A stretch of DNA of 64,000 nt from an uncultured Verrucomicrobiae bacterium (GTDB taxonomy: Bacteria; Verrucomicrobiota; Verrucomicrobiia; Chthoniobacterales; JAFAMB01): positions 416,001 to 480,000 of the forward strand of contig CAVXLD010000003.1 of NCBI GenBank assembly GCA_963762565.1, in the 5' to 3' direction. The stretch's first letter is position 1; each line of letters begins with the position of its first letter. Shown here piece after piece: positions 1 through 9,325 of the stretch. The notes under the pieces were generated by a model, which saw only the letters and a list, made by a program, of their open reading frames with translations, was not told where the DNA came from and ran no database searches. The position numbers were made by a program, and so were the translations under genes.

Positions 1-374
1 CCTGGCACCTTCTTCAATTCCTTGACGTTTCCCGTAACCAGGATTCCTTTCTCGGCGAGGACGGTGGCTGCTACCAAGTAATCGTTTGCGCCAATCGGCT
101 GGCCCTTACTTTCCAGCAATGCTCGTACGCGGCCATATTGGGCGGCTGCATTGTGATCAAATGATGCGATTTGGAATGATCCAACGAATTGTTGTACGGC
201 CGAGGCCTGGTGTCGTGACGATTTAGACTTTTCCAGACCAAAGTAAAGCTCGGCCGCGACCATCGCTGGCAGACGGATCGTACTTTTTGGGTACTGCAGT
301 AGACGATCCCGGACGCCGGTGGAAGTGCCCCGTAGGAACGCAACACAGATGTCCGTGTCCAGGAAGCGGATCAT
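1..374 (-). CDS. vapC: VapC-like PIN-domain ribonuclease toxin (3' end runs off window; absent from ORF track)
   Basis: Manual translation from ATG at 374: MIRFLDTDICVAFLRG...AMVAAELYFG...IGANDYLVAATVL...LVTGNVKE, showing the PIN acidic residues; lies just downstream of an antitoxin-like gene. Confidence 0.9.
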   Translation of the reverse strand, partial: MIRFLDTDICVAFLRGTSTGVRDRLLQYPKSTIRLPAMVAAELYFGLEKSKSSRHQASAVQQFVGSFQIASFDHNAAAQYGRVRALLESKGQPIGANDYLVAATVLAEKGILVTGNVKELKKVP

Positions 375-380
375 CGGTCT

Positions 381-599
381 CTACCATTTGACGGGTTCAG
401 GCTTCACTCGTTTCGGCGCAACAAATTTGTCATTGTCAAACGAGCCGAAAAGCTCGGCGAATCCGGGGGGCCATTTTCCCTCGGGAGCGGTCTGAATGAT
501 TTCCCGCAGCCAAGCAGACAAAGATTTTCCCGTGCGGCTCGCTGCCGTACGGGCTTTCTTTTCCGTTTCTTTGTCCAGATAAATGGTAACCTGAGCCAT
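381..599 (-). CDS. Antitoxin, ribbon-helix-helix/CopG-like (VapB role)
   Basis: MAQVTIYLD...GKSLSAWLREII RHH pattern, 72 aa, ends 6 bp before the PIN gene start. Confidence 0.85.
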   Translation of the reverse strand: MAQVTIYLDKETEKKARTAASRTGKSLSAWLREIIQTAPEGKWPPGFAELFGSFDNDKFVAPKRVKPEPVKW

Positions 600-693
600 G
601 TAATATAATTGGGCTTATATGTGGTGAATGCAAGCGGCTTCTGGATTGCCTGAGCTCGGTGTCCGATAAGACGAAAATCCCGAGGACAATTGT

Positions 694-2839
694 TTAGCCT
701 CGCGGCGCCAATTCTGCTAACAACTTCTCGTACCGCGGATCCTGCCCGAGAGGCTCCCAATAGGGGTCACGCTTCAATGTGCCATAGTTTAGCTCCCCTG
801 GTACCTTGGCCAAAGAATTCAGCGTCTCAAAGGCAAGGTCTAACTCGTTAGTCCAACCATAAACAACGGCCAAATTCAACTCGATCAAGGAGCCATCTAA
901 CGCGTCCTTGGAGATTGGCAACATTTCGACCGCGCGTTTTGCTTCTGCGATGGCGGTTTTTTTGTTATTGAGCAGGGCGTCAACTACTGCTAACTGGCTG
1001 AGCAAATCGGCCCTTCCAGGGGACTTTTGGACCTTTTGATTTAACTGTTCTCTCGCTCCGGCGAAGCTCGCATCTGCGCTGATTGGTTCTCTTTGAAGCC
1101 GGGCGAGCAAGATGGAATAACAGTCAACTGGAACCGTGCTCCCTGCGTAAGCGAAATCGGTTTCATCGTCGCCGCCATTCATCTTTGTGATGAATTCTTT
1201 TGTTCGCACCCAATCACGATCAACGAGGGCAAACATGAGTTGCAAGTTGATCGCAGCTCGATCGTCTGCCATCGACGCCGGGAACGCTGCGATCACCGTC
1301 CAGAAAGCCGAGTCATCCCCGGTCTCATAATAGTTTACATATAATGCCTTTGCCGTCTTAAGGAGCGGCTCGTCCGGCCTGAGCTCGATCAGGCGGTCGA
1401 ACATCTGCTCGGCGTCACGAAACTGGCGCGTGTAAGAAAAAGTGAACGCGAGCTTTTGAACGAAAGTTGAATTACGTGGGTCCCGGGTGATGGCGTCTTT
1501 AAGCTCCTGGATCGCTTTTTCCCATTGTCCTTGGCGGCGATCAATGTCGGCCTCGAGCGCTATGGCCACGGCGTCGTTCGGGAGGCCGCGTCGGGCGATA
1601 GAGAGTTGTTCCCGTGCCCGCTCATAGTCGAGATCGATGCGGTCGATGTGGTGGGCGTAGGTGAGATGAACCTCGGGTAGGTCCGGTTCTAAGGCTAGCG
1701 CGCGGCTAAGGGCTGCCTCTGCCAAGGCGCGCCGTTCCGGCGTCGGATCGTAATTCACATAAAGTTGGTCTTGCGCGTACGCAATTCGGCAATAGGCCAG
1801 CGTGAACTTTGGATCAAGCTGGATGGCTGTTCCGCTTTTCTTCCGGCGAAAGGGTTGCCGCCAGTTTAGTAGCGATGGTTTGAGCTACCTCGCTCTGGAT
1901 CGCGAAGATATCGGTAAGATCCCGATCAAAACTATCCGCCCAAATGGTTTTATCCTGGAGAGCATCAACCAACTCGGTGCTGATCCGGACCCGGTTAGCA
2001 TTGCGGCGAACGGTTCCTTCTAAGATATTGGCGACACCGAGGGCGTTGGCGACCTGGCGGAGATCGCGCTTTTGGCCGGCGCGATATTGCATGACCGAGG
2101 TTCGGCTGATAACGGTGAGTTGGGCGACCTTAGCCACATCGTTCAGGATCTCATCCTGGACGCCGTCGGCGAAATAAGTGTCTTCTTTGTTTTCGCTGAG
2201 GCTTTCGAAAGGGAGGACCGCAATGCTCTTTGGCGAAATGTTGGTAGCCGTAGGGAGCGGGTTCGATTGATTCGGTTTACGGTGGTTCGTCGTAAAGAAC
2301 CAGACGCCGGCAGCGATAATAGCGGCGGCAACAATTAGGCCAATCGGGGAAAGCCACCGGTTCCTTTTTGGGGCTGGGATAGGCCCAGGCTTGGGTCTAT
2401 CGGTTAGAGAGGATTCCTGCGGCGGCGTTTGCCGTCCACTATTCAGCAAAGCTTTTACTCTTTCGGTTAGAACCGGAAGATGTTGCTCCACCGGCGGCTT
2501 GGTCGCGTCCAGCCAATGCACGGACTCCAAGAAATATCCCAAACTATCGCGCGGCTCGATCGCTTCAGTGCGAAACGGGATCACCGGTAAGTGCAAAGAG
2601 AATGCCTTGCCCACTTCCCGGCGGACATGATCTGAATTATTTGCGTTGCCGGAGAACACCAGCACGAAAATTCGGGAACTGGCAATGCCGCGCATAATGC
2701 CTTCGGTCCAATCGGCTCCTGGTTCGATATCGCGCGGAGCGATCCAACAGGGCACTCCCTTTGATTCAAGGTGTTGGCGGATCGCATCAGCGATCTCTTG
2801 GTCCTTGCTGGAGTGGCTGATGAAGACCTTGCCGGGCAT
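694..2839 (-). pseudogene. TIR-TM-TolB-like-TPR protein split by an internal deletion/frameshift near 1827-1840
   Basis: 2839-1814 encodes TIR (VFISHS...RREV), a TM helix and a TolB-like domain (SIAVLPFESLS...YFADGVQDEIL); the TPR frame is already open upstream of its GTG as AIQLDPKFTLAYC from 1827 and runs to 694. Confidence 0.8.
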
Positions 2840-2983
2840 TGCCAGGGGTGTTTTAGCTGTTTCGTCTGTAAATGGCGAGCGGAACTAGAATCGGACGGGG
2901 CGCCGTCAGGATCTAGCGAGACAAATGACGATTCCGTTGTCATTTGCGTCATTTGGTCGACTTTGACGCTTGAAGAACCCACG

Positions 2984-3178
2984 ATGGCGCCACGTGCAAC
3001 AGAAGAAAAGATCCGCGAAGTTGGCCGGGTGAGGGAGGATCATTGGGAGCGATTTGATCGCTTGCAGCGCAACCTGCGACCGTTTTTGCGCGGAAAACCG
3101 AAACCGGCGCCGGTTGAACGGTTTCGTTCTTACGCCGATCTAGAGCATGGCCGAAGCGACTCGTCCCCCCGAAGGTAG
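2984..3178 (+). CDS. Small basic protein, putative partner (antitoxin-like) of the nucleotidyltransferase
   Basis: 64 aa from ATG 2984, MAPRATEEK...VERFRSYADL; overlaps the next gene by 32 bp. Confidence 0.55.
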   Translation: MAPRATEEKIREVGRVREDHWERFDRLQRNLRPFLRGKPKPAPVERFRSYADLEHGRSDSSPRR

Positions 3179-3617
3179 CGATCTGGTACGGCTCTGCGCT
3201 GAGCTCAACCGGCTTCAGGCGAAGTATATCGTCATTGGCGGATTAGCCATGAACGAGCTCGGACTCGTTCGGGTAACCGAAGACATCGATTTATTAGTCG
3301 AACCTTCCATCGAAAATCAGCAACTCGTTCGTCAAGCGCTCCGGATTTTGCCGGAGCGCGCCATTGACGAACTGGGGCCGGAAGAAGATCTGCGAGACTG
3401 GGTGGTGGTCCGGGTGAATGACGAGGTTACGGTTGACCTCATGACAATGGCCTGCGGTGTGACTTACACCGATGGGAAAGACGATGTCACCTTCCGCACG
3501 ATCGGTGGAGTTGAAATCCCGTTTGCGAATCGCGGTCTCATGATTCGGCTGAAGCAAGGGGATCGCGAAAAAGATCGAATCGATCTCGAATATCTACTTC
3601 GGAAGCCCGCGCGGTGA
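3147..3617 (+). CDS. Pol-beta superfamily nucleotidyltransferase (DUF6036/AbiEii-like)
   Basis: IVIGGLA...RVTEDIDLLV (GG...RxTxDxD) and C-terminal K...R.KD..D motifs. Confidence 0.8.
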   Translation: MAEATRPPEGSDLVRLCAELNRLQAKYIVIGGLAMNELGLVRVTEDIDLLVEPSIENQQLVRQALRILPERAIDELGPEEDLRDWVVVRVNDEVTVDLMTMACGVTYTDGKDDVTFRTIGGVEIPFANRGLMIRLKQGDREKDRIDLEYLLRKPAR

Positions 3618-3687
3618 TTCGCCGTAAAAAACCAGACGCCGGCGGCAAACGCGGCTGCAATAATCAGACCAATCGCGGAAAGCCAGA
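3611..3687 (-). pseudogene. Orphan fragment of a paralog of the TIR-TM-TolB-TPR gene (TM segment only)
   Basis: WLSAIGLIIAAAFAAGVWFFTANHR aligns with WLSPIGLIVAAAIIAAGVWFFTTNHR at about 2280-2357. Confidence 0.7.
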
Positions 3688-3978
3688 CTTCCGTCGAGCT
3701 GGCCGACGCTGTCGGTGACCAATCTTCGGGTTGGCAATGGAACCATTGCGGTGAGCGCGAGCCAGAATGGGAGTCAATATACCACAACGTTGTCCGGGCC
3801 GGCCGGGTACAATGTCCAACTTGGCTACGTGATACCGGCTGGCACTAAACCGACATCGGTCACACTTGGTGGGACGGCGGTGAAATACCAGATCATCACG
3901 ACGTCTCGGGGTAACGAAGTGGTTGTGCGGGTTCCATCGGGACCGAACCTAGCGTTGGTCGTGACGGCTGGCAGTTAG
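3688..3978 (+). pseudogene. Orphan 3' fragment, beta-rich, resembling the C-terminus of a glycoside hydrolase/debranching-type enzyme
   Basis: Reads LPSSWPTLSVTNLRVGNGTIAVSAS...; no N-terminal portion or convincing start upstream. Confidence 0.5.
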
Positions 3979-4021
3979 GGGGTTGGCCGTTAGCGGTCGC
4001 AGCCGTGACGGCCAAGCGCTC

Positions 4022-4160
4022 GGAGGGGAGCCGCTTTGTAGTGCAGCAGTTCTGTAAGCATTTAAACAAGCGGCTCCCGCGAAAAACCCAGCGTCCGACC
4101 GCAGCGGTTGGTTTAAGCGGTTTGCTGTTTGCAATTGGCTTCCGGCCGTCAGCGATAGGT
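4022..4160. repeat. REP-like family C, left half (GGAGGGGAGCCGCTTTG...CAAGCGGCTCCC)
   Basis: Homologous to 22557-22812 and 30890-31023. Confidence 0.7.
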
Positions 4161-4413
4161 ATCGCTTGGCGTCGCGTTTGAATTCATCGGGGCGCCCATG
4201 AATCCGGTATTCCAGCCTGAGTCGTCGGCGCAGCCGGCGAGCGAAACCAGCGCACCCAAACCCAAAACGGCTGCGACCAATAGGAGATGACCCTTCATAG
4301 GGCAATCATTCATGCCTGTTTTTTCGAGTCAAATGTTCCTCGACCGACGGCTCCAATACGTTTCAGGCGGCATTCAAAGCGAGGGGTAGCTGGTTTCGAG
4401 AATAAAGGCGAAG

Positions 4414-4451
4414 CCGTGGAGCGCTGCCTCGCTTGCGAGGCCGTGGTGAGC
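4414..4451. repeat. REP-like family A copy, inverted partner of the tandem array
   Basis: CCGTGGAGCGCTGCCTCGCTTGCGAGGCCGTGGTGAGC. Confidence 0.9.
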
Positions 4452-4614
4452 GGGGGGGCAATCATATGATGCCCTTTCCCCTGGCAGGCTCTATCGTTTG
4501 CCACGAGAAACGAACTAACTATTGCGGGACGCAGTTCTTGCAGATGGGTAGCGATCCAAAACAAACGGGATACAGAACCTAGAAAGGGACGGCGTGGGTA
4601 ACGTGATGTCTCTC

Positions 4615-4905
4615 TGCTCACCACGGCCTCGCAAGCGAGGCAACGCTCCACGGGTGGCGACCCCTTCGGCCTCGCAAGCGAGGCAACGCTCCACGGGTGG
4701 CGACCCCTTCGGCCTCGCAAGCGAGGCAACGCTCCACGGGTGGCGACCCCTTCGGCCTCGCAAGCGAGGCAGCGCTCCACGGGTGGCGACCCCTTCGGCC
4801 TCGCAAGCGAGGCAACGCTCCACGGGTGGCGACCCCTTCGGCCTCGCAAGCGAGGCAACGCTCCATGGGGGGCGACCCCTTCGGCCTCGCGAGCGAAGGG
4901 GCGCT
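4615..4905. repeat. Tandem array of family A, 43-bp unit x6 plus a partial seventh
   Basis: Unit GGCCTCGCAAGCGAGGCAACGCTCCACGGGTGGCGACCCCTTC starts at 4625, 4668, 4711, 4754, 4797, 4840, 4883; no spacers. Confidence 0.95.
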
Positions 4906-4970
4906 GCATAAATCGAGATGACAAAATCTGGCTCAATGCCGACTTTGATCGCGAACCCCCGAGACTAACT

Positions 4971-6656
4971 ATGCCAAATCAGAAGACCGTGAGAGTCCCC
5001 GCCGCCCTGCGCGGTATGGATTTACTGGATACGCCGCTTTTGAACAAGGGAACGGCCTTTAGCGAACCGGAACGAGATAGGTTTGGTTTGCACGGGTTGT
5101 TACCTCCGCAAGTTGAGACGCTAGCCGAGCAGGCAGAACGTGCATACCAGGCGTACGGAGCAAAGGATACCGATTTGGAACGGCATATCTATCTGCGCCA
5201 GTTGCAGGATAACAACGAAACCTTGTTCTACCGTCTAATGCTTGAGCACGTGGTAGAGATGATGCCGATGGTCTACACGCCGACGGTGGGACTGGCTTGC
5301 CAACAATTCAGCCACATTTACCGGCGTCCTCGAGGTTTGGCAATTTCATACCCGTTAAGAGATTCGATCGAGCAGATATTGCGCAATCGTCCGAATCCTG
5401 AAGTCGACGTGATCGTGGTAACCGATGGGGAACGGATCCTGGGACTTGGGGATCAAGGCTTTGGCGGCTTAGGTATTCCGATCGGAAAACTGTCGCTCTA
5501 TTCGTTGATTGGCGGTATTCATCCAACCCGGACATTACCGATTGTTCTCGATGTCGGTACGAATAATAAGGAACGGCTAGCTGATCCAGAGTATCTCGGC
5601 TGGCGGCACGAAAGAATAACTGGATCGGAGTATTACGATTTTGTCGATCGCGTTGTGAATGCGGTTAAGGCGGAGTTACCCAAAGCCTGTCTGCAATGGG
5701 AGGATTTTGCGACTCATAATGCGCGGCCCCTCCTGCTGCGCTATCAAAATGAATTGCTCACATTCAACGATGATATCCAGGGTACTGCCGCGGTTACGCT
5801 GGGCGCAATCATGGGAGCGTCTAAAGTCGCAAAGAAGAAAATCTCGGATCATCAAATCGTTTTTGTCGGGGCAGGCTCAGCCGCTATTGGTGTCGCTGAT
5901 TATCTGCGATTTGCCATGTTATCCGACGGTCTTTCCGAGAAAGAAGCGCGGAGCCGGTTTTGGATCGTCGATAAGGACGGATTGCTAAATTCGCAACGTC
6001 GCGATCTAACTGAGGAACAAAAGGGATACGCCCGAGACGCAAACGAGGTCGCTGGTTGGGCTCGAGATGAGCAGGGCAATCCCTCGCTAGCCGAGGTGAT
6101 CAGCAAGATTAATGCGACTGTACTGATTGGTCTTTCGACGGTGCACGGAATCTTTTCGGAGCCACTTGTGGGCGAGATGGCTAGAAAGACCGAGCGCCCG
6201 ATTATATTTCCATTGTCTAACCCGACTAGCCATTCTGAAGCGGATCCGGCCGATCTGATTTCTTGGACCGAGGGGAGAGCGCTGATTGCGACCGGTTCGC
6301 CGTTTCGTCCGGTAAAGTATGCCGGAAAGGAAATCGACATCGCTCAGTGCAACAATGTCTACATTTTCCCCGCGGTTGGCCTTGGTTTAGTTGCGTCGCA
6401 AGCGCAACGCGTCACAGACAAGATGCTCCTGGCGGCGGCGACCGCTTTAGGTGAGCATTCGCCTGCGATCAAAGATCCAACGGCTTCGTTGTTGCCCGGT
6501 GTTGAGAATCTCCGAGATATTGCTCGCGAGATAGCGTTCGCGGTTGGAAAGGCGGCACAGCAAGAAGGCCTCGCTCCCCATGTTGAGGAGGCGGAATTCC
6601 GGCGGGTGGTAACTGAGTCGCAGTGGCTGCCGGAGTATATGGCGTACGAAGCGTGA
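4971..6656 (+). CDS. maeA: NAD-dependent malic enzyme
   Basis: LLNKGTAF, VYTPTVG, VTDGERILGLGD, FNDDIQGT, GAGSAAIG, FPLSNP motifs; start taken as ATG 4971 because the ORF-track extension is repeat-derived. Confidence 0.95.
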   Translation: MPNQKTVRVPAALRGMDLLDTPLLNKGTAFSEPERDRFGLHGLLPPQVETLAEQAERAYQAYGAKDTDLERHIYLRQLQDNNETLFYRLMLEHVVEMMPMVYTPTVGLACQQFSHIYRRPRGLAISYPLRDSIEQILRNRPNPEVDVIVVTDGERILGLGDQGFGGLGIPIGKLSLYSLIGGIHPTRTLPIVLDVGTNNKERLADPEYLGWRHERITGSEYYDFVDRVVNAVKAELPKACLQWEDFATHNARPLLLRYQNELLTFNDDIQGTAAVTLGAIMGASKVAKKKISDHQIVFVGAGSAAIGVADYLRFAMLSDGLSEKEARSRFWIVDKDGLLNSQRRDLTEEQKGYARDANEVAGWARDEQGNPSLAEVISKINATVLIGLSTVHGIFSEPLVGEMARKTERPIIFPLSNPTSHSEADPADLISWTEGRALIATGSPFRPVKYAGKEIDIAQCNNVYIFPAVGLGLVASQAQRVTDKMLLAAATALGEHSPAIKDPTASLLPGVENLRDIAREIAFAVGKAAQQEGLAPHVEEAEFRRVVTESQWLPEYMAYEA

Positions 6657-6672
6657 GGATGGGTCCATCGCC

Positions 6673-6795
6673 GGGAGGGATCGCGTCCTCGCGATCCGTT
6701 CTTACCGAAACCGAGTGCCTGCCGTGATTGCGGACGCAATTACACCTTTTGGTTCGTGGCACGTCCTCGCGGCGCGGGGGGACGCGCGCCCTCCC
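6673..6795. repeat. REP-like family B inverted doublet
   Basis: GGGAGGGATCGCGTCCTCGCGATCC plus inverted ...GGACGCGCGCCCTCCC; also at 18236-18441, 43322-43436, 50546-50677, 58238-58341. Confidence 0.85.
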
Positions 6796-6818
6796 GATTA
6801 GGCCGTCCCTCCCAACGC

Positions 6819-7250
6819 TCAAAAAAAGCTGAGATGATTTAATCCCTCTTGTAGTTCTACATCTACAGGAGCGGTGCGTTCGTTACTTAAAAGATAGACA
6901 AGTTGCATCGAGCTGGAATCTGCCGGCACTTCACGAGGGTGATCCTTTTCATTGTCGACAATCCACTCAGATTTGTCTGGCAGGTTATACACTACGAACA
7001 CGTGACTTCCGGTGATCTCGGTGTCACGAATATGCCATCGATAAAAGATGAGCCGGCCATGAATCCCGTTCGCTGCAAGTTTTGAAGAAAGAGCCAGGGC
7101 GTAGTCCATGCATGCGCCATCTTTGCCTTTGCCATGAATCGCCGGGTCGCTGGCTAGACGATAATGCAAAGGCTCCTGGCTGAATGAAACGGCGCTAACA
7201 AACAGGCTGGCGCCGCTAAGAATGAATGCCGCTAGTATAATTCGTTTCAT
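6819..7250 (-). CDS. Secreted protein, possible transglutaminase-like Cys-His-Asp fold
   Basis: Signal peptide MKRIILAAFILSG...; GACMDYA, SHVFVVY, WIVDN spacing. Confidence 0.6.
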   Translation of the reverse strand: MKRIILAAFILSGASLFVSAVSFSQEPLHYRLASDPAIHGKGKDGACMDYALALSSKLAANGIHGRLIFYRWHIRDTEITGSHVFVVYNLPDKSEWIVDNEKDHPREVPADSSSMQLVYLLSNERTAPVDVELQEGLNHLSFF

Positions 7251-7274
7251 CGTTCCCCTTTTCCCATTCTGGTG

Positions 7275-7520
7275 GGCGCGCTCTCAGTCCGGCTGAGTTG
7301 TTTCCGTTTGAAAACAGCAGTCCTCTGTAACGCTTTATCGTTCGAGCAGTTGAGGCTGCTCGGCTCGTGCGTCGGACTCTGAGAGAGCTTGGAGGAGTCT
7401 CTCCCTTCGAAGGAATCAGTTCTCCTTCGCCGATTCAGCGGGTTGCTGGATTTGAGAGCTCAGCGCGTTTTCAGCTTTCTGATCGATCCCACCCTTTCCT
7501 TAATCGCTCCGTGGAGCGTG
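7275..7520 (-). ncRNA. Candidate structured 5' leader RNA, family not recognised
   Basis: Several hairpins (7343-7362, 7402-7415, 7428-7440, 7505-7518) and long-range pairing 7280-7290 with 7448-7459. Confidence 0.3.
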
Positions 7521-7912
7521 TGGAATTGTCCGTACTTCATAATAAACACGCTCTTTAAGATAAGCACATAGTGTGCCAGATGATTCTTCCTAGGAGACAC
7601 GCCCGATTGCGTTCCTTGGGTGTGCGAAAAATCGTCCATTTCTCGCCATGGTGTGCCATTTTCGGGAAAGGGGAGAAATCTCACGCAAAGACGCAAAGGC
7701 GCAAAGAGAAGAGAAAACGAACCGCAGATGAACGCAGATTCACGCAGATAAAGAGTGGGTGATGGTGAAAGCCGACGCTCGCCTGCGGGGGGGCGCTAGA
7801 GCCGCAAGGCGCGCGTCTAACCAATCACTAATCACATCTCACCCAGTTCACCCTTGGCGTGAGATTCCTCTTCCACGCTACGCTTGTCAGTGGCGGGTTC
7901 CCTATGGGATTG

Positions 7913-8692
7913 ATGTCCACCATGAAACTCGCAGACAAAGTTGCCATCGTAACCGGGGGAGCGAGCGGGATCGGAAAAGCGATTGTAAAACGATTCTTTG
8001 ATGAGGGCGCGCGCATGGTGGTTGCCGATCGTGATGCCGCTGCCGCCGAAGTTTTAGCGAAAAGCCTTGGGGCAGGCTCGTTCAGTGTTCCATTGGATGT
8101 GACGGAGCAAGAATCGATTGATCGGTTAGTCGCGGTTGTCGCAGACCGAGCCGGCGGTATTGATATCCTGGTTAGCTGCGCCGCCATTTACGCTTTGACG
8201 CCCATTACGGAGGTCTCTCGACAGCAATGGTCCACTCTTTTTTCCATCAACGTCGACGGCACATTCTTCACTATGCAGGCGGTCGCAAAACAGATGATCA
8301 AACAAGGGCGCGGCGGCAAGATCATTAACTTAGCGAGCCAAGCCGGTCGCCGCGGCGAGCGCCTGGGCGCGGCTTACTGTGCAACCAAGGCCGCGGTCAT
8401 CAGTCTCACCCAATCAGCAGGTCTAGCCTTGATCAAACACGGAATCAATGTGAACGCCATTGCGCCCGGGATTATCGATACGCCCATGTGGGATGTGGTC
8501 GATCGCGAGTTTGCTCGACTCGAAAATCTACCTGTTGGAGAAAAGAAACGTCAAGTTAGCCGACAGATTCCGTTCGGGCGAATGGGGCAGCCGGAAGAAG
8601 TTGCTGGCTGTGCCGTCTTTCTTGCTTCAGAAGATTCGGACTACGTCATTGCGCAAACGTACGGAGTGGATGGAGGGAATTGGATGGCCTGA
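7913..8692 (+). CDS. SDR, sorbitol/L-iditol 2-dehydrogenase type
   Basis: TGGASGIG, ASQAGRRGE, YCATK, QTYGVDGGNWM as in PolS/SmoS-type sorbitol dehydrogenases. Confidence 0.85.
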   Translation: MSTMKLADKVAIVTGGASGIGKAIVKRFFDEGARMVVADRDAAAAEVLAKSLGAGSFSVPLDVTEQESIDRLVAVVADRAGGIDILVSCAAIYALTPITEVSRQQWSTLFSINVDGTFFTMQAVAKQMIKQGRGGKIINLASQAGRRGERLGAAYCATKAAVISLTQSAGLALIKHGINVNAIAPGIIDTPMWDVVDREFARLENLPVGEKKRQVSRQIPFGRMGQPEEVAGCAVFLASEDSDYVIAQTYGVDGGNWMA

Positions 8693-8717
8693 GCCTGAAT
8701 GCATAGACGCATTCAGG

Positions 8718-9179
8718 CTAGTGACGAATCGCGGCGAATCTTTCATCGATCGATCGCAGCCGCCGGGAGAGATCGCGGGCGATATTCAATATCACAATGG
8801 CGTACTGATCCGGTTGATGGCGATAGAGACGATAGAGGTCGGTCCCTTTCAACGCGAAAAGAAAAGTCTCTTCTATTGCCCGCAGCGAGGCCGAGCGGGT
8901 CACGCATTCGATCATGGACATTTCTCCGAGAAAATCGCGCGGTCCGAAGACAGCCAGCACGGTCTCGTGGGGTTGGTCTAAATATTTGAGAACTTCCACC
9001 CGGCCGGAATGAATAATGAACATCCGATTGCCGGCTTCACCTTCCCTGACAATGACATCGTTTTTCTGAACGGCGACGTCTTCAACCTGGTTTGCCAATT
9101 CGGATAACGCGGCTTGATTGAGCCCGGCAAAGATCGGGATGGTGCTTAAAAATTCCTGGCGCTCATTCGCAGGGATCAC
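8718..9179 (-). CDS. Stand-alone cyclic nucleotide-binding domain protein
   Basis: IVREGEAGNRMFII.SG.VEV, LGEMSMI...RSAS; no HTH; probable GTG start at 9179. Confidence 0.85.
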   Translation of the reverse strand: MIPANERQEFLSTIPIFAGLNQAALSELANQVEDVAVQKNDVIVREGEAGNRMFIIHSGRVEVLKYLDQPHETVLAVFGPRDFLGEMSMIECVTRSASLRAIEETFLFALKGTDLYRLYRHQPDQYAIVILNIARDLSRRLRSIDERFAAIRH

Positions 9180-9325
9180 AGGGGGAGGGGGTAGTTGGCA
9201 AACTGTCGTCCTGGCGGGTTCAAAGTCAAAGCCGCGGAAAAAATGAGAAGTAGAACGTGCCGGCGTTGTAGGTCTTATCGACCCGGCGCGACGCGCCGTC
9301 CTTTTCACCTTTCACCTCTCACCGC

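Noticed and set aside
4625..4905. CRISPR array
   Set aside because: Units are contiguous with no unique spacers, no cas genes are present, and the same unit is a dispersed REP
4310..4970. ORFs containing ERCLACEA or ATPSASQARQRST, and the N-terminal extension of malic enzyme
   Set aside because: These are translations of family A repeats, recurring at 42070, 43910 and 62738; the CxxC is not a real motif
7275..7520. Canonical SAM-I, glycine or c-di-AMP riboswitch call
   Set aside because: Only partial motif echoes; key conserved segments of each are missing, so it is kept as an unassigned candidate
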